Shown here one piece after another: positions 39,426 through 49,995 of a stretch of 64,000 bases of DNA. Each line of letters begins with the position of its first letter. The stretch's first letter is position 1. Source of the DNA: an uncultured Gemmatimonadales bacterium (lineage in GTDB: Bacteria; Gemmatimonadota; Gemmatimonadetes; Gemmatimonadales; Gemmatimonadaceae); assembly GCA_963850905.1 (NCBI GenBank), contig CAWKMU010000004.1, positions 256,001 through 320,000 of the forward strand, written 5' to 3'. Below the pieces are notes generated by a model. The model was not told the DNA's origin and made no database searches. It saw only the letters and a program-made list of their open reading frames with translations. The translations under genes and the position numbers were made by a program.

Positions 39426-41558
39426 GGACTGCCTGGGCGCGGCCAGACCTCCTCAGCTGGATTGAGCGTGGGGAATTGGCTGTCGGGATCGATCTGCACC
39501 TTCGTCACGGATGGTGCAGCCGCGACGCGCACGGTGTGCCGTCGCGCGCCGGTCAACCAGAATGTCGACCGGAAGCTCCACGCGCTGGCTGCTGCCGTCG
39601 GCGCGGGTCACGAGTAAGGCCGCGGGCATCGGCGCGAGTCCGCGGTCCTCGACCGTGATGGCAGTCGAGTCGCCCTGCGACTGGACCGAGACGATCGCCT
39701 GATCGAGCGGCCACGGCTCGTAGAACCAGGTAGTCCAGAACCACGACAGGTCGCGATGGGCGACGTCACTCATGGTGTTGAAGAAGTCGTACGGGTACGG
39801 GTGCTTCCCAAGCCACCGGTGGCCGTACTCGCGATACGCGCGATGGAAGGTCTCCTCACCCAGCACGCCGCGAAGCGTCGCGAGCACCTGTGCGGTCTTG
39901 TCGTAGAACATCACGAAGTAGAGACTCTGCGGATAGAGGTCACCTGGCCACATGAGGAGCATGTCATTCCCCGCCCGAGCCGCGTCCAGATAGAGCTTGC
40001 GCTGACCGTGTTCCGAGTCGTTGAGCCGACCGCCGGTGCGCTGCTCGCCATAGATCGCCGCCATCGCCTGGGCCGCATCGAATTGCGTGAAGCCCTCATC
40101 CATCCAGGGGTACCGCGTCTCGTTTGAACCCACCTGCATTGGAAACCACATGTGGCCGGTCTCGTGCATGATGTCGCCGGCGAGCGAGAGCGTATCGGCC
40201 CAGGGCGAGATGAGCGTCATCATCGGGTATTCCATCCCGCCGGCGTCGAGCACGCCTTCCATCGAGGTCATCTGAGGCCAGGGATAGGCCCAGAGATAGC
40301 GGGACAGTTGCTCGATGGCATCACGCGTAAAGCGTGCGCCACCGAGTGCCCATGCGGCCGCGGGTTTGGAGATGCGGTACAGGCTATTGATGTCCACCGT
40401 GTCGTGAGACACCCCGGCCGACCCGGCCTCGCCAGTCGAGCCCACCAGCGCGCGGGTCGCCGCCCACACGTACTGGTCGCTCGTCCCCCACGCGAAGTCG
40501 CGCACGTTGTCGGCGACGAAGTGCCAGGTGGCTGTCGGCCCACCGCTCGCGAACGCGGCCGCCGCCGACGATCCAGGGTCCACCACGTGGACCACATGCC
40601 CGGTCCGCCTGGCCTCCGCGAGGCGCGAGCGCGCAGCGGGTGAGAGCACTTCGTCCGCGTTGCGAAGCGCGCCGGTCGCGCCGACGGACCAGCCATGCGG
40701 CACGGTGACCCGTACGTCATAGTCCGCCGGGTCCATGTAGAACTCCGCCTCCAACACGTACGGATCGGTCACCCACCCATTCACGTCGTCGTACACGGCA
40801 ATCTGTGGGTACCAGTAGCCCATGAAGTAGAGGTGATGCCCTTCCCGCCCCTGTCGGCCATCCGAGGGTGATGGCGGCGGCACGTACGACCACGCGAACT
40901 CGAGTCGGGTGCTGTCGTGCGGCACCAGCGGTCGCGCGAGGTCGATCCACATCACGGTGGCCTCGACCCGATAGCCGCTCGCCGGCGGCAGTCCCACACT
41001 CGCGGCGCTACCCTCCGCCGTCAGCGCTGACAACGGCCGACCATCCACCTTGACGGTCGTCAGCGTGACCCCGCCGGTGATCGGTGCTTCCTCGCGACGG
41101 GGGTTGCCCGCCGCGAAGGCGTTCTGTCGCAGATAGACCGCGATACGTCGGAGCGTGTCCGGTGAGTTGTTGAGATAGACGACGCGCTCATGACCAGATA
41201 CGCGATCGGTCACGACATTGAGCTGGGCATCGATGACGTACCGTGCGTGTTGCACCCAGTAGGCGGCCCCGGGATTGCCACTGCGCGTGCGCGTGCCACG
41301 ATCGACGGCACGAGTAAACCCCGGGATCTCGTACACTGGGCCCGGCACGGGCCGCCCACCCTCGGCGGTGACCGCCGGCGCGAGTGGAACTGATGGCCGT
41401 GTCTGGGCCATCGCGGGGCTCGCCATGAGGGCGCCGCCGACTAGGGAGACGGCGAGGGCATGTGTGCGACTCAGGGCGCGGTGGGTCTTCGGGTGGATGA
41501 GGTGCCAATCGCGCATTCGGTGAGGTGAGTTGAGGGCAGCGGCTGCAAGGAAGCGCAT
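39422..41558 (-). CDS. M1-family metallo-aminopeptidase, secreted; +1 frameshift near C-terminus (about 39562)
   Basis: GGMEYP, HETGHMWF and WMDEG. Corrected tail DIWLTGARRHTVRV...VQIDPDSQFP...* stops at 39422, overlapping the MscS stop. Confidence 0.9.
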
Positions 41559-41625
41559 AGAAGATGCTGCGAACGCCAGGAAAAAGCATCTCCGTAGAGC
41601 CTCGCTTGTCGAACTTGTCGAATAT

Positions 41626-41658
41626 GAAAAGGGGGCGACGCGTTTTCGTCGCCCCCTT
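41626..41658 (-). terminator. Intrinsic terminator downstream of the SPW gene (REP-like stem)
   Basis: AAGGGGGCGACG/CGTCGCCCCCTT stem with a U-run on the minus strand. Confidence 0.72.
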
Positions 41659-41721
41659 GGTTCCGTTCCCGCTCTCCTTTCTCCTCTCTCCTTTCTCCCG
41701 TCTACAGCCGCGGCGCGGCTG

Positions 41722-42111
41722 TCATCGGGCTCTGATGACAGTCGGTCGCGACGTACCAGTTCCCCACAAGCTCAGGACGAATACGCACACGCCGACGGCG
41801 AGGCTATTGATCAACCGGCCCTGGTTGCCGACGTAGCCGAAGATCCAGGGCGAGAAGAACGCCCAGAGCCCCAGGACCAGATCGAGCCAGCGGGCGGCCG
41901 GCAGCGTGACGCGATTGTTCAACCGGGCCGCCGCGAACAGTGCGATCAGAATGCCAACGACGACAGAGTTCCATGTGGCCCCGTTCGTTGAGTGTCCACC
42001 GCCATAGACCCAGGGTGAAACGACGTACCACAATCCTAGGATAAGGGTGAGTACGGCTGGCGCCCCACCCGCGCTCGATCCGTGCGGGTCCTGCTTGAAC
42101 GATGTGCTCAT
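41722..42111 (-). CDS. SPW-repeat membrane protein
   Basis: LGLWYVVSPWVYG and LGLWAFFSPWIFGY. Confidence 0.88.
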   Translation of the reverse strand: MSTSFKQDPHGSSAGGAPAVLTLILGLWYVVSPWVYGGGHSTNGATWNSVVVGILIALFAAARLNNRVTLPAARWLDLVLGLWAFFSPWIFGYVGNQGRLINSLAVGVCVFVLSLWGTGTSRPTVIRAR

Positions 42112-42254
42112 CCGCTCCTCCCCCGTGCCTCAGACACGGCGCATTGACACCTTTTCGGGGCGCAACGGGCGTGCCGGCAGACGGACACGACCGGGGATCG
42201 GGAGTTAGCGGATTGCAACACTGCGCGCTTCAACCCCGCAACTCCCGTCCGGCC

Positions 42255-42365
42255 TCACCAGTTCGGTCGAGCTACGGTGCCCGAATGACGTTGGGGCGCC
42301 AGCCCCGCCGCCGCCGCGGTCGGCTGCCTCGACATGATGGGGTCCTGCTGTTGCGGCGTGGTCAT
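42255..42365 (-). CDS. Putative 36-aa small protein
   Basis: Strong RBS GGAGGAGGATATATG; MTTPQQQDPIMSRQPTAAAAGLAPQRHSGTVARPNW*. Confidence 0.45.
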   Translation of the reverse strand: MTTPQQQDPIMSRQPTAAAAGLAPQRHSGTVARPNW

Positions 42366-42519
42366 ATATCCTCCTCCGCGCTCCCGCGCGGTCGTATGGA
42401 TATCAATATAACGGTGCAGCACCCAGGCCGGTGGCCGGACGGGGGCCTGGGAAGCCCGACTGGCATCGCCTGTAGTCACCCGTCACCCGCCACCCATTAC
42501 CCGGCCCCAACGTGCGCCC

Positions 42520-43035
42520 TCACCCCAAAGCCGGGCTGGTCAACAAATCATGCTGCCAATCCGTCTTGTACCCGTTTTGCCTCAGCGCCGTGGCGAGTTG
42601 CGCCCAGTGGCGGATGCCGTGGAGCAGTGTGTGGGCGACGATCTTGCGCGCACTGGCTGCCTGCGTGCCGGCAGTGAGGGTTTGGAACTCGAGGCGGCGT
42701 GCGAGATCGTCGTCGGTCGCGGTCGCCAGGTACTGCTCGAGACGCTCGCGTGAGTCACGGCCGCCCGCAAAGAGCGATGCGATGCTCGTCGCGTCGATGA
42801 TCTCGTACGTGCTCACCGGCTGGTCCTGCAGCCGGTCAGCGTAGCGGCGCTCGACGGCGAAGATGTGCTGCAGCAGTCCGCGAAGGGACGCGGTCCGCCC
42901 TTCGCCCACCGGGACGTCGAGAATCGACTCGGGCTGCTTGGCGAGCCAGCTCTCCCACCGCTCGGTCTCGGTCGCGGTGTAGTCGAGCAACTCGCGGAAC
43001 GTGAGTGATTGGGTGGCAGTCTGTGTGAGAGGCAT
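42520..43035 (-). CDS. DinB/YfiT-family protein
   Basis: SLRGLLQHIFAVE and HTLLHGIRHWAQLATALRQ. Confidence 0.9.
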   Translation of the reverse strand: MPLTQTATQSLTFRELLDYTATETERWESWLAKQPESILDVPVGEGRTASLRGLLQHIFAVERRYADRLQDQPVSTYEIIDATSIASLFAGGRDSRERLEQYLATATDDDLARRLEFQTLTAGTQAASARKIVAHTLLHGIRHWAQLATALRQNGYKTDWQHDLLTSPALG

Positions 43036-43062
43036 GGCGTGAAAGGGTTCAGGGTCGAGAGG

Positions 43063-43600
43063 TCATCGGCTCATCTCGGACGTTTCCGAGGTCCGCGCGG
43101 CGAGCAAGTACGCGAGCCGATCGTATGTGGTCCACAGCGACGCGGCCATTGGTGTTCTGAGCACCCGGTTTCGGATCTCCCGTGAATCATAGCGCATCGT
43201 GAGCGTGAGGGTCGTCCTGCCGCGGCGCTCGGCCAGCGTTTCGGTGAGCAGCGCTTCACCAGGATACCACGGCTGGTCGACCCGCTCCGTCGCCACGATG
43301 CGCTCGAGCGGCGCCACGTCGAGGCACACTCCGCGCACGCCCATCGCGTGGCCATCCGCGTGGCGCCACGCGAAGCGAAGGCACCGCCACTCCACGGATC
43401 GATCTGGCAGTCCGTTATGGACCAGCCAGGAGGCCGAGCAGCCACCGCCTGAGCAGCTCCGGTGTGGTCAGCGCTTCGAATACCAGCTGTCGCCGCGCGG
43501 AAAACGTCCGCGTCATCGCGATCTCTCGGTCGCTCGGCGTCGTCACCATCGCCGTCAGATGCGCCAATAGTGCGTCCAGACGTGCGAGCACTGCATCCAT
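43063..43600 (-). pseudogene. SRPBCC/AHSA1-family protein with two -1 frameshifts (about 43433 and 43380)
   Basis: TTPSDREIAMTRTFSARRQLVFEALTTPELLRRW / PPGWSITDCQID / FAWRHADG...YDRLAYLL, in three frames. Confidence 0.8.
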
Positions 43601-43646
43601 GAGCCTTCGTCTCGACTATAGCCCTTCGGCGCAACTGGGGGCGCTT

Positions 43647-44493
43647 TCAGGTCGTAACGGTCGACGTAGTGGCTGACCGCAGCACGCGATCGAGCACGCG
43701 ATCGACATCAGGGTGATCGGGGAGAGTGAGGCCGAGGGGTCCAACAAGGGCCTCCTTGAGTTCGGTGACCGTCGACAACACGCGGCGCTCAGTCCATCCG
43801 CCGACGTGGTGAACAGCAAAACTCGTGTTGCGCAGGGCGTAGCGGCGATCGCGATCGGCTCGGGCAGCGACGAGGTCCCGTACGAAATGGGACCGAGTGT
43901 TGGTCGAGAGGTACCAGTTCACGACCTCGTAGTCGATCAGCTCTTGCTCCTGGAGGTCGAACTCGTACAGCGCCTTCCACTCTGATGGCAGCTGGGCTTC
44001 CATCCGGTACAACCCACCCCGCGGCGAAGTCAGGCGAAAGGATTCGTGCGGTGTCCTCTGGATGACATCCGGCACGAACGCCACTGGTCCCGTGAGCGTG
44101 AGATTGCCGAATCCGGTGTCCGCAACGAATGGACCGTCTGCCAGATCGACACGCAGGAGCATATGGCTCCGTGGAAGCACGCCGCCCGAAGATCCATACC
44201 ACATCACGCGCGCCGCGAGGCTCGTGACGCGAAAGCCCAGGGCCTCGAGGGCATGACGGAAGAGCAGGTTGTGCTCGAAGCAGTAGCCGCCACGACGTCC
44301 CCGGACGAGCTTCTCTTCGAGCGAGGCCGCGTCGAGCTTCGGCACAACCCCCAGGAGCGGGTCCAGATTCTCGAATGGGATCGCGCACGCGTGCGCCAGA
44401 ATGTACTGCCGCGAGCGTGTCCAGCGTTGGACGCCGGTCGCCTTCGTATCCGATCCGGGAACAGTACCGATCGAGGTCGATCGATGGGGTCAT
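43647..44493 (-). pseudogene. Arylamine N-acetyltransferase, +1 frameshift near 44400
   Basis: DLDRYCSRIGY, then after correction HLAHACAIPFENLD; RRGGYCFEHN, HMLLRV and DTGFG triad. Confidence 0.9.
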
Positions 44494-44524
44494 TGCCGCA
44501 GCTCCCCTCCCCTTCCCCGCTGCC

Positions 44525-45299
44525 TCAGCGCACCGACCCATTGCAGCACCCGCCGCCGCAGCTGACCCAGGACGAGTTGGTCACCTTCTTGAAAATCGGG
44601 GTTCCACCACCGGGCCCATGGCCGTGTGTAGTCGCAGTGTCGATCACAAACACCAAGTGCTTGTCCCAGTCTGCCGGTGGTGCACTCGGCACCGTCGAAT
44701 CCGCGTGCCAGGCGAAAAGGCTGTCGGTCGCGAGGGTCTGTATGATCAGGGCTCTGATGGGTGTGGTTCGTATCCACCAATACGTAGTGAGACCGCCACT
44801 TTCTCCAATTCGTCGCGCCGCCGGAGATATCGACCCACCAGACGATGACGGAGTCCGGCATATTGGGCTGCAGCGGCAGGTCCGGGAGCGTGGTGGTATC
44901 CGCATTGCCGATGATCGCCATGACCCGCACAGGGTAGGCCCCCGACGTCGGCATGTCGGTTGTCATCGAGCCGTTCGGCTCGCCCTGGAGCTTCGAGGCG
45001 CCCGCTTCCGACGCGATGGTGAGGTGGATCGGCAGGCTGTCTGATGGTCGGATGGGGTAATGCCCGGGCGCGCTGGGCAAAAACGTGATCGCCCTGACCT
45101 GAGCGGCAAACTCTGGATGCGACGGGTCTGGCGCGTAGGTCAGCCACGGAGAAGACGTTGGAGGCGGCGGGGGCGGGGGCGCTTTCTTCCCTTCCCGACA
45201 CGCGGACACAACACACACGACTGCGGCCGCGCACACAATTCGGCGACTCGTTCCTGCGCCTGCGGACAGCACAGCGTGGTAGCGGTCTCGCTTCGGCAT
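44525..45299 (-). pseudogene. Hypothetical lipoprotein with poly-Pro linker and C-terminal WVSCGGGCC; +1 frameshift near 44768
   Basis: AGGAGAGG RBS 25 nt after the kinase stop; VVSAC lipobox; tail ...KVTNSSWVSCGGGCCNGSVR* in the adjacent frame. Confidence 0.65.
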
Positions 45300-45324
45300 A
45301 TCCTCTCCTTGAAGGGCCATGTTC

Positions 45325-48028
45325 CTACTGCCGACCGGCAACCGAGCACATTCTGCGCCGATCAGCTTGTAGCGCGTCGTCGGCGTGCGACCACAAGTCG
45401 CAGACTGCACCAGCCCAATGTAGGCGCTCAGGGTCGCGCCCCCGCGGATCGAGATCCACCCTGAGAATCATCATGCGCGGCAGCGAGCCGGCGAGTGGCA
45501 CGTCGCTCAGCCACTGGTTCCCCGTTGCAGGCAGGGCGTCGAGGGTTTGACTGAGTTGGATGATTGCCCCCGCGGTGTCCCCTGCCGCACTTCTCACCCA
45601 CGACTCAATGTACGTCGCGTCGAGGCTCGTCGCCCCGGGCACCGCATGGCGCCGCAAATCGGCGAGCGCCTTGAACTCGGTCCGTAGCTGGCCGCGGTCG
45701 CCGGCAGCCAGCAACTGCTCGAGACGAATGAGATAGTTGCCCGTGCTATCCAATCCTGTGACGGCTGCGGGGCCGACAATGGGCGCGGCAAGGCTCATCG
45801 ATCGTCCAATCAATGCGTTGCGGATCTCCGCTCGCTCGGCGTCGCTGGCGTACAGAGCAAGCAATCGATCGACCATCTGTCGATAGGCGCGGATGCTGTC
45901 GGCTCGACCGCCGACGGTTGCCTCGACATAGAGAGCTTGTGCCGCCGTACCCAGCGCTGGCGGGACGTGGTACGCGTGGCCCTCAGCAGTCGGGATGTCG
46001 CCGCCCGAGGTGTCAGTGGTCGACAACACGAATGTCTCGTGAAGCCGTCCCGCTATCGCCGCGATACCGGTGAGCGAATCGCCCTCCTCCGCCGTGTGCA
46101 CGACGGGCCGACCGAGGGTGGTGTCAATGAGCGCACTGGCGGCGGCAAATTGCCCGCTCTTGATCAGCAGCCGAATCAGAAGTCCGGACAGGCTCAACCG
46201 AACAGCGGTCGGCGCACCCGAGCCGAAGAGTGCTCGCGCGCGACCGGCTTCGACGAGAGCCGAAGGTGTGTTCGGCGACGGTGCTCCAATCTCCCCCGTC
46301 GACTCGAGCGCATTCGCGAGCTGCAAATGCGCCAGCGGGTCGTCGGGGAAGTCCCGGGCCCACTCGAGAGCGGTGGATCGGAGCAGCTCACGTTGCCGAC
46401 TGAGGCCGGCGTACGCCGTTGCAGCGGCCGCAGCACGACCACCGACCTTGAGCTCGCTCAACGGGTACGGTATGAACACCAGCGTGTCACCCGCAATGCT
46501 GCCAAATGCGCCAAACAGCGTATCCGTCGACGGTACCGGTCGCCCCAGCTTGTACATGTCGGGCGTCGTGATGAGCAGTGTTGAAAGGCGAGAGAACACG
46601 AGCCCGCGCACAGGCGCGATCGCCGGGTACTCATGTATCAGCCGTTGATAGAGCCGTACTGTGCTCTCTTTGCTCGAGCGGAATCGCCATCCGGAAGCGG
46701 TACGCGAGTCGCGCACGACCACGTCGTCACCCGCCATGCAGTCGGCGAGCATGAGCAGCGCCGGGACGTCGGCCGGCGCGGCGTCCACGACTGGCCGGGC
46801 AGCGTCACATCCCTGGGCGGTATGGTCTTCTGACATCACGAGGAGCGCCCGCGCTCGCAATCGATCAACGCTGTCGAATGCGGCGGCCTTAACCACCGCG
46901 AGCCGTGCCGCCTGTGGCCACTCCGGAATCGAGTCCGTCCCGACAATCGCGCCAGTCTGCGCAAGCCAGAGATTCGCCGCAGGGTTTGTGGGGTCGCGAG
47001 CGAGTGCTCCGGCGAGATCGCGGCGTGCGTCCGAGAGGTGCAACGTCGCCAAGGCCTGTTTGCCACGGGCGACCTGTTCCTCGACCGACGAGTGCCGAAA
47101 CAAGCTGCGTGCCGCCACCGCACCTGCCCCAAGCAGAGCCACCACACCCAAGCCGGCTGCGACCATGCGCCAGGCACGCGCACCAGACAACGCGCGACCC
47201 GTAGACATCGGCTTGGCAATGGCGTTGTCCAACGCCGTGGCGAACTCCCGCGCGGTGGAGAACCGGTCGGCCGGGACACGCTCGAGCGCGCGTGCAACGG
47301 TCGTCGCCAACGCAGGTGACGCGGTCGGCCTGAGCTCGCGGAGCGGCGGTGCATTCGACGCCAGTCGGCGCGCGGCAACGGCCTGTGGAGTCGGCCCCAC
47401 GAACGGGGGGATGCCCGCAAGCATCTCGAACAGCACGCACCCCAAGCTGTAAATGTCGGTCCGTTCATCAATGTTGCGGTCGCCGCTCGCCTGCTCGGGA
47501 CTCATATATGCCGGCGTTCCCACCGCCAGTCCGGTCGACGTGAGCCGGTCATCGGCCGCCTCAGCGACGGCTCGGGCGACGCCGAAGTCGGCGAGCAACG
47601 CCTGACCGCCAGTGAGCAGCACGTTCTCGGGCTTGATATCGCGATGCACCAGCCCCCGGGCGTGCGCGTATTCCAGCGCCGACGCGATATCCGTCGCGAT
47701 CCGAACGGCGTCTGGCATCGGGAGCTGCTTCTGGCGATCCAAGCGCGCCCGGAGGGACTCGCCGTCGACATACGGCATGACGTAGAAGGGTCCGTCGTCC
47801 GTGATGCCCGAGTCGTATAGCGGCACGATGTGCGGAATGTTGCAATTGCGCGGTCAAATGCATCTCGCGCAGGAATCGCTGGTGGCTGAGCGCGCCAGCG
47901 AGCTCCGGGCGGAGGATCTTGATCGCGACAAACCGCTCCTGGACGAGATCCCGCGCGAGCATGACCGTCGCCATGCCGCCTCGTCCCAGCTCGCGTTCGA
48001 AGACGTATCGGTCGCTGATTACGCTCAT
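45325..48028 (-). pseudogene. Hanks-type Ser/Thr protein kinase with TM helix and helical/TPR-like C-terminus; +1 frameshift near 47836
   Basis: LGRGGMATV, VAIK, LQHPHIV (after correction), HRDIKPEN, DFG and GTPAYMSPEQ. Confidence 0.9.
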
Positions 48029-48335
48029 GAGCGGCACCAGGTCCAGGCCACCCGCCCCGTCACTGAGGGTCCCGACCCCCATACAGTACTGCCCAACGGC
48101 GGATGCGCCTAGTAGCGGCATCACGGAATGTCGCCCTTGTCCAAGGGTGGTGGTGCGGGTGATGCGAAAGTCGACACAGCACACTCCGCTGGCGGCAATG
48201 GGTGTTTATGCGGCAGCTGCGCCGAATGAGATAGGACCTTTGCCCCATTGTATTGTGTTCGGTTTCTCGGAGCACGCCCCGTGCTGCACAGCCATTGCTT
48301 CAGGCCGCGCTACGCCCGCCGTTCAGGAGATCCGC

Positions 48336-49058
48336 TCAGCTCGATCTGTTCCGGATCTGGCGAATGAGCGCCGTGGTCTCGGGCGCGGGCTGGACGTCGA
48401 AATCGCGCTGGAGGCGTGATTGAAACGCTTCGTACAGCGTCACGGCGCCCGCACGATCGCCCACGCGACCGAGGAGCGCGAGCGTCTTGCGAACCAGCCG
48501 TTCGTCGAGCGGCGCGAGCGCGACGCTCCGCCGCGCCCAGTCCGCAGCAATGGTTTCTCGATCGTCGGCCTCAGATCGCTCCGCGAGAATCCACGCAGCC
48601 GTCGCTGCCTGTTTTTGGTATCGCGCCCGCGTCTGCTCGAGCCACTCCTGGAATTGAGCGGCCTCGCGTACGAATAGGCCGGGCAAGAGATCGCCGCGAT
48701 ATGCCTCGAGCGCCTGCGCGACGTGGCCCGCAGCGATCGCGTCGGTGAACTCGACCGCATCACACGAGAGCGATCCAGCGGCAATGCCGACCTCCTCCTC
48801 GCCGCGGGATTCGAGCACCTGATCGCCGAGCCCGTGACGAAGCACATGGATCACTTTGCGAAGGGCTCCGCGCGCGTGGGTCTCATCGAGCTCGGGCCAG
48901 AAAAGGCCGAGCAGTGTGTCACGTCAATGAAAGCCGTGCGGTTCAGCCAGTGCGAGAAAGGCCAGCATCGCGAGCGGCTTGGTCTGCGCAATGATCTCGT
49001 CGAGCGGCCGCCCGTTCGTCGCAATGAGCTGGACGCCACCGAGGACGCAGAGCCTCAT
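48336..49058 (-). pseudogene. SARP/BTAD-domain transcriptional regulator with in-frame TGA at codon 45 (48924-48926)
   Basis: MRLCVLGGVQL...LAFLALAEPHGFH*RDTLLGLFWPE...YRGDLLPG...FQEWLEQTR...PLDE...GDRAGAV...PAPET. Confidence 0.85.
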
Positions 49059-49404
49059 TCGATCGCGCTCACCGTGCGAACGTTCCCGAGTCCGCGTCAC
49101 GTACCTCCTCGTGCAGTCCCCGCAGACCTCAGCGACTTGGCGACGCGGTGCGAGTCCACTCGCGCGCTTGCCTCGAATGTTGAATCACGGCCGTTCCCCG
49201 TCCGGCGAGCCAAGATAGCGCGCCAGTCTGACCGCGCCTAGCGGGAACGCTGAGGTAACGCCCGCCTCACAGTGACGGCACGGGCCAACCGCAGATTGAA
49301 TCCCGAAGCCTGAATCGATCCCACGACGACACCGCACTGCTTCAGGCTCTTCACGGATTTCCGGTCAACGACTGCTCCTTCACCGTTTCAATCAGGGAGG
49401 TCAT

Positions 49405-49662
49405 ATGTCAAGGCATCAGCGGTTCTACGCGGCGCTCCTGATGGTCGCCGGCTCGGTCGCACTCGGCGCGTGTGGGAGTGATCCGACAGGTGTCCGCCCC
49501 GTGGTCGGGACTCCGCTCGCTCCCGTCCAGCCACTGGGCCAGTGCACGAATGGGGACGTGCCAGCCATGCACAGTGAGGCGATTGTCGAGGCGATTCGTG
49601 GTGCCTCGGCGGCCCGTGCTGCACAGCCGGAGAAGGTGGTCTCATGCGTGAACGCACAGTAA
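49405..49662 (+). CDS. Small putative lipoprotein (85 aa)
   Basis: AGGGAGG RBS; ALGAC lipobox; divergent from the BTAD gene. Confidence 0.65.
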   Translation: MSRHQRFYAALLMVAGSVALGACGSDPTGVRPVVGTPLAPVQPLGQCTNGDVPAMHSEAIVEAIRGASAARAAQPEKVVSCVNAQ

Positions 49663-49995
49663 CGCACGTCGCGGAAGTTGCGGCCGCCGGCGCCCCGCCG
49701 GCGGCCGTGTGTTCGCCAATGCGAGCTCGACTGCTGGTGCTCCATGCCCGAAGGGCGAGGCGTGTCTCGTGTAGAGGCTGGGCGTGCCTCGCCCATTACC
49801 GTCGAGCGCCAGCGTTGTGACGCTGAGTGTCAATGGGTTACGTGACGAACGGACGTCGCCCGACCGGGATCGATACATTAAGCGGTCATGTCTGCCACCC
49901 AGCGACCTGCTCACATCGCGCTGGTCTACGCCCGGTCGTCGATGCCCGCTCATGCGGGCTTGCAGGAGCCACCAGGTGCCGGAGGGGAATCCCCC

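Noticed and set aside
44525..44600. RiPP precursor reading of the SCGGGCC tail
   Set aside because: No radical SAM, YcaO or lanthipeptide enzymes nearby, and the motif appears to end a lipoprotein of about 257 aa.
36741..47839. Programmed ribosomal frameshifting or phase variation as the cause of the split genes
   Set aside because: No slippery heptamers or long homopolymers, and the context follows the + strand rather than the coding strand. An assembly error is more parsimonious.
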